Under the pieces are notes generated by a model. It saw only the letters and a program-made list of their open reading frames with translations. It made no database searches and was not told the origin of the DNA. Made by a program: the position numbers and the translations under genes. DNA of 64,000 bases from Octopus sinensis (taxonomy: Eukaryota). Below, in pieces: positions 23,046-33,680 of the stretch. Every line of letters starts with the position of its first letter. Position 1 is the stretch's first letter. Location of the stretch: positions 7,192,001 to 7,256,000 of the forward strand of contig NC_043014.1 of assembly GCF_006345805.1 (NCBI RefSeq). Reading direction: 5' to 3'.

Positions 23046-23253
23046 TGGCAAGCTGGCAGAATCATTAGCATACTGGCCAAAGTGCTTTGTAGTATCTTGT
23101 CTCCCACTACGTTCCAAGTTCAAATTCTGCCAAGGTCAACTTTGCCTTTCGTCCTTGGGTCAATGTAATCAACTCATCCCCTCCCCCAAAATTGCTGCCC
23201 TTCTACCAAATTTTGAAACCATTATTGTTATTATTATTATTTCTTGTTTTTAG

Positions 23254-23321
23254 ATGATGATGAAGAAATTGGTCGTAGCAAGGCTTGGTATGGTTCTGAT
23301 CGTGATTATACATATGAAGAG
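23254..23321 (+). CDS. EIF2S2: eIF2-beta coding exon 5 (D-DDEEIGRSKAWYGSDRDYTYEE)
   Basis: Acceptor ttttag|; conserved W.GS.RDYTYEE motif; donor GAG|gtattt. Confidence 0.93.
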
Positions 23322-23435
23322 GTATTTTGAAATTTACCCATTTCTTGAAAAATCTTGTTTGTCGTTGCTAATAGTGGTGGGGTTAACAGGGCTTATGAGC
23401 CTTACTAAAAGGGACACCTCACAAAATGATTTTAA

Positions 23436-24505
23436 CCCTTTCGTTACCAAACCGCCCAAAGCCGCCCGAAAAAAATTTTGGTTAATGTGACCAAACCGCC
23501 CGAATTTACCTATTCATATTTAAATGAGAATATCAGAGTAAATCTCTTTAGTACATTCATGAAAACACGTATTATACTTCGTAAACAGTTCAACTACAGT
23601 TTTGTACAAAAATCGAAGTGTAATTTTAATTCCGTGAATTTTGAGAGATTTTTTTCTGAAATTTGTTCCTATTGTGTTTTCAAAATTTGTAATTCTGACA
23701 AAAAATGGATACGAATTTCATTATATCAAGCAGCGAGTCAGAATTCGAAGGATTTTCTACTGAAGACCTTCATAAATCTAACTCTATGACTGAAAAAAAA
23801 AAGCACATGGTATTTGATAATGAATCTGATGTTTCATTTTCCGAAAGTGAAAACAGTGAATTCGAGAGCTCCGACAGCAATAAAGAAAACGAATTGGCAC
23901 CTGAATGGAGTGAAAATTTAAAAACTGTTTCGGTGATTTTTCTGAAGAAACTGGACCAAGCCACAGACTTTCCCAGAGGAGTAAAGCCTTAGACTATTTC
24001 TTTTTACTTTTTCGAATGAGCCTATTTGATATCATTACGGCGAAAACAAACCGTTACGCTAAACGTAAACAAAGCGAAAGAAACGATAGTTTGTGGTTTC
24101 CCCATAACCTTAAATGAAATTAAGACTATTTTGCCGTAAATATTATTATGGGTATCAGAAAGTTACCCAGAATAACAAATTCTATCGTAAAATTTTGTTG
24201 TATACCCAATTGAATATTAGCTAATAACCCATTTTCTATAGCGATGTTTGAACAAAATTTTAATTTTATATTTTGTTGAATTTACCTGTATCTACCTGCA
24301 ATTAGAGTCACTTTGTGACAAAAATTATAGTATAGAATTGGTTGAGAATATTTCATTAAATTATCTTCCAAAAATCAGATTAATATATTGATAAATAAAA
24401 AAGTTATAGTTGTTTAATGAAACCAGACTAAATTTATGATTACGTTAGAAATTAATTGAAACACATAAGGGGTGTATTTTGGTCAGAAATATAGTAACGA
24501 AAGGG
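23436..24505 (+). mobile_element. piggyBac internal-deletion derivative with transposase N-terminal remnants
   Basis: TTAA at 23432-23435 and 24506-24509; TIR ccctttcgttac/gtaacgaaaggg. Decayed frames read SSSESEFEGF... and LDYFF...ITAKTNRYAK...EIK..FAVNIIMGIRKLPRI, typical of piggyBac (DDE_Tnp_1_7) transposases. Confidence 0.85.
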
Positions 24506-24688
24506 TTAAACAGGTCCAGTGGTTTGGTTAAGAAATTTGCTTTCCAACCACTTAGTTTCAGGTTCTGTCCTACTGCACAGCAGCACTTTGAGCAAGGGTT
24601 TGAGGATTTTGTGAATGAATTTTGTAGACTGAAACCATAAGGTCCCCATTGTGTGTGTGTGTGTGTGGGCAGACCTGGGTGTATTTTT

Positions 24689-25134
24689 TTTGTGGCCGCG
24701 CACCAGGGCGTCTACGTTCGGTGACCGCAGTCACCTCCCCAGGACCTAGTCCCACGCCCAGCAACCTAACTCAGAGGCGAAGGGGAACCCGGGGTGCCGG
24801 TGTATTAAGGTGGGCGGCTGCCACCCGTCGAGGAGTAGGGCTCCACCGAAGCGAACTGAGAGCATGTCCGCCGCGAGGGGGGGGGGCATCTGGCCCAAGA
24901 TGCCGGTGTATTATAGTTGTCGGTGCCACTCACCCCAGGACTACACCTCCCGGGATGTTCCGGTTATTAAGGTGGGCAGCGCCACTGCCGATTGTCTGCA
25001 TGTCCCCGAGCGAACCAGCAGGGAATCGTGGGGCCCCGACTTTAGTGGACTAAGCCACACGACCAGGGGGGTGAATCCATCCGCCGGGACTGGCTGCACA
25101 TCCCCTCGATGCACGGATCATAACCTTACCTGAA
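24689..25134 (-). mobile_element. Unclassified GC-rich insert with a short poly(A) end, inside a (GT)n tract
   Basis: Abrupt GC-rich block flanked by (GT)n on both sides. On the - strand it ends '...gcgcggccac aaaaaaa'. Confidence 0.45.
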
Positions 25135-25253
25135 CGTGTGTGTGTGTGTGCGCGCAGAGAGACCATGCCAAAACAGCTGTTGGAACCTGACACAGTATTG
25201 CTGCTCATCGGATCCAGTCTAAATGTGTGGCCCATGCCAGCATGGGAGATGAC

Positions 25254-25284
<31 letters not shown>

Positions 25285-26389
25285 TTAACGTCCGCTTTCC
25301 ATGCTAGCATGGGTTGGACGATTTGACTGAGGTCTGGTGAACCAGACTCCAATCTGATCTGGCAGTGTTTCTACAGCTGGATGCCCTTCCTAACGCCAAC
25401 CACTCCGAGAGTGTTGTGGGTGCTTTTACGTGCCACCGGCACAAGGGCCGGTTTGGTGGTACTGGCAACAGCCACACCCAAATGGTGCTTTTTATGTGCC
25501 ACTTGCACAGGAGCCAGTCCAGCGGCACTGGTGACGACCTCGCTCGAATGTTTCACGTGCCACCAGCACAAGTGCTAGTAAGGCGACGTGGTAACGATCA
25601 CGCTTGAATGGTGTGCTTAACGTGCCATTGGCACGAAGGCCAGCTTGTTGCTCTGGCAACGATCTCACTCGTTTGGTACTCTTAGCGCTGCACCAGCAAC
25701 GGATGCCAGTCACTGACTTTGTTCAATGACGATAACAATTATGATGTGTGTGTTTGTATGTTTACATGTAAATGTTGATATCTCATGACTTCCTTTGAAC
25801 TAAATGTTGGATATAGTTTACTTTAACCCTTTAGCACTTAAAACCCTAACCCTAACATATTTATGTTCAAACAAGCCATATCTGGCCTTTCCCACTTACT
25901 CTACTGTGTCATTCTAAAAATAAATTAACCACATGGGCAAAATCTTGAAGCTATGAGATAATGCATGATTAATTCAATGCAACGGGAATAAATTAGGAAT
26001 ACATTTACCAGAATAATCTAAACACTAATGGTTTAAATTCCTTGTTGGCATTCTGACCACTTGCTCTGCACTATCAAAGACCAGTGGAGACATTATAAAG
26101 TTCTTTAGTTCACAAGACAGGTATAACAGGCAAGCATCCAGGCATAAGGCATTGCTTCAAATATATCACCCTCACAACTCCTGTTAGATTTTGAGAAGAG
26201 GTGCTGGTGGCACGTAAAAAGCACCATCCGATCGTGGCCGTTTGCCAGCTTCGTCTGGTCTCCGTGCCGGTGGCACGTAAAAAGCTCCATCCGATTTGTG
26301 ACACCAGCATCAGTTGTCAAGCAATGCTAGGGGGACAAACAAAGACACACAAACACACACACGCATATACATATATATATATATATGTA

Positions 26390-26680
26390 GAAAAATACAA
26401 ACTGGGACAAGAACGTAAAACATTTAGAAGACGATACAAAAAACACTGACGGGACATTCGAAGCCTTCAATCTTCAGTCAAGAACCGGATCATCCTAGCA
26501 ATTTCGGCTGATTAATCCTGATATCGCTCCGATCCGGCCAGCCCCAAGGAAAAACTAAGCTACGAGCATTAAATTTCTTGGAAAAAGGATCGAATGTATA
26601 CGAAACAGGGACAGAAAAACGGACGATGCCACACGAATATAAAATACAAAAAACAATAATGGTAAAAACAGGACAAAACC
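26390..26680. mobile_element. Foreign insert (possibly Penelope-like fragment) within the microsatellite of a family-C SINE
   Basis: It interrupts the SINE between its (TA)n tract and 'cgacgggcttctttcag'. The class assignment is weak. Confidence 0.35.
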
Positions 26681-26904
26681 GACGGGCTTCTTTCAGTTTC
26701 CGTCTACCAAATCCACTCACAAGGCTTTGATCGGCCTGAGGCTATAGCAGAAGACACTTGCCGAAGGTGCCACACAGTGGGACTGAACCCGGAACCATGT
26801 GGTTGGTAAGCAAGCTACTTACCACACAGCCACTCCTGCGCTTTGCATTTAATTCCTTTTATTGCATTCATCCTTTTAGTTTGTCCTTTGTTTTGCTGTT
26901 TCAG

Positions 26905-27053
26905 TTACTTACAAGAGTATTTGACATCATAAGGGAGAAGAACCCAGACATGGTTGCCGGGGAGAAGAAACGGTTTGTCATGAAACTGCCTCAAGTATTG
27001 AGAGTCGGCACAAAGAAGACGTCTTTTGCTAACTTCTCTGAAATATGCAGATT
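26905..27053 (+). CDS. EIF2S2: eIF2-beta coding exon 6 ([27 protein letters not shown]...FSEICR)
   Basis: Acceptor tttcag|; highly conserved peptide; donor TT|gtaagt, phase 2. Confidence 0.97.
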
Positions 27054-27848
27054 GTAAGTCATTTGTTATTTGTCTTTATTTCTTCTCTGGGGGACAAAAG
27101 AGTGGCTGATTTCTTAAGAATGAGTTGGGAGTGTATGTATGTGTCTGTGTTTGCTTCTGGCACCAACAAGTATGTTCTCCAAAATGGTTCCGTTATACAT
27201 GTCCTACAAGCAGCTAAGCACGGTTTCACCCGGTCTGTTTGGATGAGGTGGCTGTAATCGTTTTCGGTTAGGCATAATCTATAACAGCATTTCTCAACCA
27301 TATCATTTCGGGTCCCCTGTTTCGATTGGAGCCTCCGGCTATATGAAAATTTCTTGACCGCACCCCGTCAGAAAACAGCTTCTAAGCAACTGGTTGCTTT
27401 AATGGCAGAAGAAAGTGGGAAATTCTATTGGAAAAGTTTTAATCGATTTTCTCGGTAAGTATGGTGGCTAGAAAAAAAATACAGACTGCATTCCAATCTA
27501 TACACCCATCTCCACATGTGTGCCATTTTTCACACAAATCCACCCAGCCGTTTGACTGTGAACCTCAAGACATCACTCCGTGGCTGAAGAAAGAGGGAAA
27601 TTCTATTGGAAAAGTTTTAATCGATTTTCTCAGTACGTATGGGAGCTAGAAAAAAAATACAAATTGCATTCCAATCTATACACCCATCTCCATATGTGTG
27701 CCATTTTTCACGCAAATCCACCCAGCCGTTTGGCTGTGAACCTCAAGACAAGAAAGAATATAACGATTGCCCATGTCCAATTTATATTATAGATTATCTA
27801 TCCCTCTCACTCTGCATATCTATGTAACATTATTACTTTTTGTTTCAG

Positions 27849-27905
27849 GCTACATAGGGAACCAAAGCATGTGTTAGCTTTTCTGTTAGCTGAATTGGGT
27901 ACAAG
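27849..27905 (+). CDS. EIF2S2: eIF2-beta coding exon 7 (L-LHREPKHVLAFLLAELGT)
   Basis: Acceptor tttcag|; donor AG|gtgagt, phase 2. Confidence 0.97.
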
Positions 27906-28932
27906 GTGAGTAGACACTGTTTTGATTCTAAAATCTGTCAGCATTTGTAAGGTGGTTTTTTTTTTTGTTTTTTTTTTTCATATTTTGTTTCTCCTCTTTT
28001 CCCTACCATAATTATAGTTCTTTCTATTATAGGCACAAAGCCTGAAATATTTTAATGGGGTTGGGGCAAGTTAATTACAACGACCCCACTTCTCAAATGG
28101 TACTTAATTTATCGACCCCCGAGACGATGATGGGCAAAGTCGACCTTGGCGGAATTTGAACTCAGAACATAAAGACTGACGAAATGCTGTAAGCATTTTG
28201 CCCGGCTTGCTAATGATTCTGCCAGCTTGCTGCCACCACCATCATCATCATAATAATAACAACAACAATAAGGATAATGATGGTTTTTTAAATAGTTCCT
28301 CTTAATTTTTTCCATTTTGTGGAATTACATGGGTCTTGCTAGTAATAATGGCCGATGACAGTACTGACTGATTGGCACCTGTGCCAATGGATCATTAAAA
28401 GCACCATTCGAGCGTGATCGTTGCCAGGGCCACAGACTGGCTCCCATGCCGGTGGCACGTAAAAAGCACCATTCAAGCATGATCATTGCCAGCGTCACCT
28501 CACTGGCTCCTGTGCTGGTGGCACGTAAAAACAAAAAGCAATACATTTGTAATCATTTGTCAAAGAGTGAGTACATCTTTTTGAGACACTATATATACAC
28601 CAGGCTTCTTTCAGATTCCATCTACTAAATCCACTCACAAGGCTTTGGTCAGCCCTAGGCTATAGTAGAAGACACTTGCCCAAGGTGCCCTGCAGTGGGA
28701 CTGAACCCAGAACCATGTGGTTGGGAAGCAAGCTTCATATATACAGCAGGCTTCCTTCAGTTTCCGTCTACCAAATCCACTCACAAGGCTTTGGTCAGCC
28801 CAAGGCTATAGTAGAAGACACTTACCTAAGATTCCATGCAGTAGGACTGAACCCTGAACCATGTGGTTGGTTGGCAAGCTACTTACCACACAGCCACTCC
28901 TGCACTTCAATGATTTTTTTTTTCTTTTCCAG

Positions 28933-29018
28933 TGGTTCAATCGATGGTAACAACCAATTAATCATCAAGGGACGTTTCCAACAGAAACAGATAGAAACAG
29001 TTGTCAGGAAATATATTA
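28933..29018 (+). CDS. EIF2S2: eIF2-beta coding exon 8 ([29 protein letters not shown])
   Basis: Acceptor ttccag|; donor A|gtaagt, phase 1. Confidence 0.97.
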
Positions 29019-29149
29019 GTAAGTTACAGTAACTACCATTTTTGGTCCTTCTTTTCTCTAACCACTTTTCACCTTGCACACTAACGAGCTTATTTATTTC
29101 GTTCACAAGAAAGGTAGGAGAGTCCAGTTTGCTGGACATTGTGGATCTT

Positions 29150-29683
29150 CTAGTTAACTAAACACTTTTAAACTTCGTATACTAGTAGAATGTGTTTATA
29201 AAACATCTTTTTCTCCTGGTTTTATTGAGAAAATTCTATAGTTTGTAAGATATTTCGTCTGAAAATCCAAGCATTTCGGCAATTTTAACCAGTCGATTAC
29301 CTCCATTCAACTAAAATCATTTGCTGCGTCTAAAACTGAGACAACATCCTGTAACTAGCCCTAAACCTCCCCCTGATCTAATCTAACCCTAAATTTTTTT
29401 TTCTTAATCGTTAAATTAATTTAATTCTATTGCTTTAGTTTTTTTTGCACGCTTAACAATTAAGAAGAAAAAAAATTTAGGGTTAGTTACAGGATGTCGT
29501 CTCAGTTTTAGATGCAGCAAATGATTTTAGCTCAAAAGAGGGCATAGGATTGGTTAAAATTCGAAAAATTGAACTACATTAAACTTACAAATTACAATTT
29601 TCTCAAGAAAGCCAAGAGAAAAAAATGTTTTATTTTGACACATTCTACCAGTATACCAAGTTTTAAAGTGTTTAGTTAACTAG
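29150..29683. mobile_element. Foldback MITE with long imperfect inverted arms
   Basis: 'ctagttaactaaacactttt.aaactt.gtatact.gtagaatgtg' occurs at both ends in inverted orientation. Inner arms (ttagacgcagca/aggatgt, aaccctaaatttttt/aaaaaatttagggtt) also pair. Confidence 0.8.
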
Positions 29684-29714
29684 AAATTTTCTGCCATTCA
29701 AGAGGAAAAGATCC

Positions 29715-29938
29715 GACATTGTTGTAGAACTGAAAACGAGGTAATTTCTACTCTTCTCCTCTGGAAGCCATCTACTCACGATACCAGAGGGCGCACACTC
29801 TCCTACCCTGATGTAATTTCCAGGGATACAGGCATCCAGCAACAGGACCTCCGTAATGCTAAGATGGACCGTGAAGTCTGGCGTAGCATGGTAAATTCCA
29901 TTGTCCCGACCACGGTCGAACAATGTTGATGATGATTT
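29715..29938 (+). mobile_element. RTE/RTEX LINE 3' end fragment
   Basis: Translation CCRTENEVISTLLLWKP...RGRTLSYPDVISRDTG...DREVWRSMV, then a (GAT)n tail. Confidence 0.7.
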
Positions 29939-30065
29939 ATGTCTTTGCAGCCCTTGCTGATCACTCTCCCTTTCTATTTTAAATCTGAGTAACCATATAT
30001 GGGGAGGTACTGAGAAGCTCCCGCCTTTGGGTAAAAAAATAAATAAATACAGAAGGATCAGTTAT

Positions 30066-30720
30066 GTAAAGTATACTAGCCATCTCATTCTGGCTAACCA
30101 CAAAGGGTGGGTGTTACTGTAGCTTTTAACCCCAGGAGAACATCGTCTCCAGCTGGCTTTAGGCACACTTTCTGTGCACTTATGGTATTTTCAAAGGGAG
30201 GTCATCCCTCTCTCGTAAACCTAAGTGATACGCACGGACTACAGTTTCGAAGTATTTGCCTCTTGTCAACGTACGGTAATCACCGGTTTTCGATGAAGGG
30301 GGACCTGTTTGCAAATATCTATTTAATGTTTTTCCCAGTAACCACTGTCACTGATTTCGAAAAACTATCTGCAAGCAATAATAAATCTCTGAACGAGATG
30401 TAAACAGTAACCGCTCGACAACTAACCACAAAGGGTGGGTGTTACTGTAGCTTTTAGCCCCAGGAGATCATCGTCTCCAGCTGTACGTTGACAAGAGGAA
30501 AATACCTAGAAACTGCAGTCCGTGCGTATCACTTAGGTTGACGAGAGAGGGGATGACCTCCCTTTGCAATACCATAAGGGCACAGAAAGTGTGCCTAAAG
30601 CCAGCTGGAGACGATGATCTCCTGGGGCTAAAAGCTACAGTAACACCCACCCTTTGTGGTTAGCCAGATTGAGATGGCTAGTATACTTTACGTTGTCGAG
30701 CGGTTACTGTTTACATCTCG
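30066..30720. repeat. Nested inverted duplication (palindromic rearrangement)
   Basis: Segment A at 30066-30274 with its reverse complement at 30483-30691; segment B at 30394-30422 with its reverse complement at 30692-30720; a partial direct copy of A at 30423-30482. Confidence 0.9.
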
Positions 30721-31383
30721 ATCAGTTATGATTTTATTCAAAACGTTCCCCTCTCAGAATCACACACTTATTGTAGTGGTCCTTCCATTTTCCTAGGTCC
30801 TGTAAAAGAAGTCAGAAAGTTGAGCCTCCAACTGGGCCTTTCGTGATACCCTTAAAGCCTGGAGCTTTTCAGTACCTTCTTGGAGTATGTGTATACATGG
30901 AGGGGTACTGAAAGTTTCTGGCGTTGGGTAACAGAAAGTGCAGGAGAATCAGTTTATGATTTAATAAGCTCTGTAAATGAACTCAGAAAGTTGAGCCTCC
31001 AGCATGGCCTTTCGCAATACTCTTAAAGCTAGGAACTTCTACAACAAGGTCCTGCTCTGCCCACTTCTCATACTCTAACCCCTTCTATCTCCTGGCATAA
31101 ACCCGCCACACCACTGTCTGCCTCTGGTTTTGATGTCTTGCGAGCCGTGTGGCAACATCACGAATACTGACGGAGCTAAATGCAGGATTTTTACACGCTG
31201 TAAAGTGGTTGGCATTAGGGAAGGCACCCAACCGTGGGAACTACCTGAGCAGCCACTGGTGCATGACGCAGTCTTTGGACCTACCAGATTCTATCAAGCT
31301 GTCCAGGCTAACATGGGACAGAGTCTCTACGTCAAGTCCTGTTTTGTCGTACTGTGACACCACATTATCTCCCTTCATTATGT

Positions 31384-31443
<60 letters not shown>

Positions 31444-32049
31444 ATCACAGCATTGTCCTCAATATTTCTCTTTCTCTCTCTTGTGCCTACACATTCAATA
31501 TTTCTTCACACATTCTATTCTTCTCCTTAATTGACAACGTTTTAGAATCCTGTAATTTTTTTTACTCCCACTATCAAAGCGTTTTCAAACACCATCTGAG
31601 CGTGGCCGTTCACCAGGCTCATCTGACCCCCGTGCTGGTGGCACGTAAAAAACACCATCCGAGCGTGGCTGTTCGCCAGCCTTGTCTGGCACCGGTGTCG
31701 GTGGCATGTAAAAAGCACCCACTACACTCACGGAGTGGTTGGCGTTAGGAAGGGCATCCAGCCGTAGGAACACTGCCAGATCAGACTGGAGCCTAGTGCA
31801 GCCTTCTGGCTTCCCAGACCCCAGTTGAACCGTCCAACCCATGCTAGCATGGAAAGCAGACGTTAAACGATAATAATGATGATGATGATGATTTCTCTCT
31901 CTTTTGTTTGTTTGTTTGTGTTTCCTTGTCTTGGAATTGCAGGGGGATTTGGAACGTAACACCTGCAATAGTCAAGGGATTACTGTGTATTAAGTAATCT
32001 GGATGTGAAACAGTTAATTCAGTTTGCTTTTTTAACTTTTGACGGATAT

Positions 32050-32183
32050 TTGTCCTCATCTTGTTTGTTGCTATCACAACGTTTCGGCTGATATACCCTC
32101 CAGCCTTCACGGGCATATGGCATAGTGGTTAAGAGCGCAAGCTACTAACCCCAAGATTCTGAGTTTGATTCCAGGCAGTGACC

Positions 32184-32216
<33 letters not shown>

Positions 32217-32340
32217 TAATAATAATAATATCGAAAAATACCTTAGGAATGAGAACCCAGATTGGAAATTTCCCCAAGGCACCTGATGAAGGCTTAGAGG
32301 GTATATCAGCCGAAACATTGTGTTAACAACAAACAAGATC
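32050..32340. mobile_element. Two inverted Penelope-type termini flanking a tRNA-like SINE head and (AAT)n
   Basis: 'atcttgtttgttg...caacgtttcggctgatataccctccagccttca' (~32058-32109) versus 'tgaaggcttagagggtatatcagccgaaacattgtgttaacaacaaacaagat' (~32287-32339). Confidence 0.65.
32278..32324 (+). ncRNA. Minimal type-I hammerhead ribozyme motif (probably inactivated copy)
   Basis: GGCAC-CUGAUGA-A-GGCU[13 nt]AGCC-GAAAC-AUU-GUGUU. Stems I and II pair; the expected GAAACGUU reads GAAACAUU. Confidence 0.6.
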
Positions 32341-33135
32341 ATCATCATCATCATCATCGTTTAATGTCTGCTTTCCATGCTAGCATGGGTTGGACGGTTT
32401 AACTGGGGTCTGGGAAGCCAGAAGGCTGCACCAGGCCCAGTCAGATCTGGCAGTGTTTCTACAGCTGGATGCCCTTCCTAGTGCCAGACGAGGCTGGCAA
32501 ATGGCCACACTCGGATGGTGCTTTTTACGTGCCACCGGCATGGAGTCCAGGCGAGGCTGGTAACGGCCACGATCGGATGGTGTTTGTTACGTGCCACCGG
32601 CACGGAGGCCAGGCAAGGCTGGCAACGGCCACGATCGGATGGTGTTTGTTACGTGCCACCGGCACGGAGGCCAGGCGATGCGGTGCTGGCAACGGCCACG
32701 TTCGGATGGTTCTCTTAAGTGCCACCGGCACTGGTATCACAACTACAAATTCCATTGACGTTGATCGATTTCGATTTTGATGAGGACAAATATGCATCAA
32801 ATGTAAATAATGTACCCTAATCTTTGTTTAGACATCTTTCTCGGAGAAGGAAGTTTTGAAGATATCACCTGCCTAATTGCAAAGCTGGAGATCTTGTTCT
32901 CCCTTGTTTTCTAGATTACCTGGCTTTGTTGGGGAGAGTGCCAGCAATGTTGAGCAAATTGTCATTGACTTTGAATATTTGCATTGGCATTGCTGACAGC
33001 CGTTGTCTCTAACGTCTCCGATAAGATCATTTCTCAATGGTCCTGTTTTTCTATTATGTCTGTCAAATGTAAATAATGTACATAATTCCTCACCTCTTAA
33101 GTATAGAATCAATTTGCTTTGTTTGTCTTTTACAG

Positions 33136-33311
33136 AGGAATACGTCACATGCCATACCTGCCGGTCTCCGGAGACCTTGCTGCAGAAAGACACGAGGCTG
33201 TTCTTCTTACAGTGTGAGACCTGCGGTTCCCGCTGTTCTGTCACAAGCATCAAGTCAGGCTTCCAGGCTGTCACTGGCAAGAGAGCTGCTATCCGAGCCA
33301 AAAATGCTTAA
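33136..33311 (+). CDS. EIF2S2: eIF2-beta coding exon 9 ([14 protein letters not shown]...CETCGSRC...AKNA*)
   Basis: Acceptor ttacag|; C2-C2 zinc ribbon; TAA stop ending at 33311. Confidence 0.97.
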
Positions 33312-33540
33312 GATTTCATCTCATATTCTTGCTCAACTTTGAAAGCCAGTTATTGTACATGCATGTGTGTGTGTGCGTATGCATGCATGTGTAGATGATA
33401 CACACACCTTTACAAATATATATATATATATATATATAGTATGTGTATGTGTGTTGATATTTATATACATATATGTGCATACATACATTTATACATACAT
33501 ACATATACATTTGTATAATTGTTTGAAAGGTGGGGAAAAA

Positions 33541-33680
33541 AATAAAGGGAAAAATATTTAATAAAAAAGTGTTTTTTAAAATAAAAAAAGAGAGAGATGA
33601 GGAACAGTTAGAAGGTACAAAATGGGTCTTTTGTTGCCAAACATATAAGGAACTAATTGAAATCAAAACAAATAAAGGAT
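33541..33680 (+). terminator. Candidate polyadenylation signals of EIF2S2
   Basis: Several AATAAA hexamers (first at 33541) lie 230-370 nt after the stop; which one is used cannot be determined here. Confidence 0.35.

Larger units (their letters stand above)
8896..33311 (+). other. EIF2S2: EIF2S2 gene model: 9 coding exons, 969-nt CDS, 322 aa (three Lys boxes, eIF-5/eIF-2B domain, C2-C2 zinc ribbon)
   Basis: Exon lengths 18+178+80+157+68+149+57+86+176 join in frame with matching phases. The C-terminal half closely matches eIF2-beta ([26 protein letters not shown]..., CHTCRSP...[10 protein letters not shown]). Confidence 0.97.

Noticed and set aside
23705-23992. 95-aa acidic ORF as a host gene
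   Set aside because: It lies inside the TTAA-bounded piggyBac derivative and is a transposase N-terminal remnant.
24690-25130. HDV-like ribozyme in the GC-rich insert (gcgaa motifs)
   Set aside because: Could not assemble P1/P2/P3/L3 in the required order on either strand by eye.
26450-26490. Hammerhead on the - strand (CUGAAGA...GAAU); also GAAAC...CUGAUGA at ~18775-18810
   Set aside because: Core incomplete or stems do not pair.
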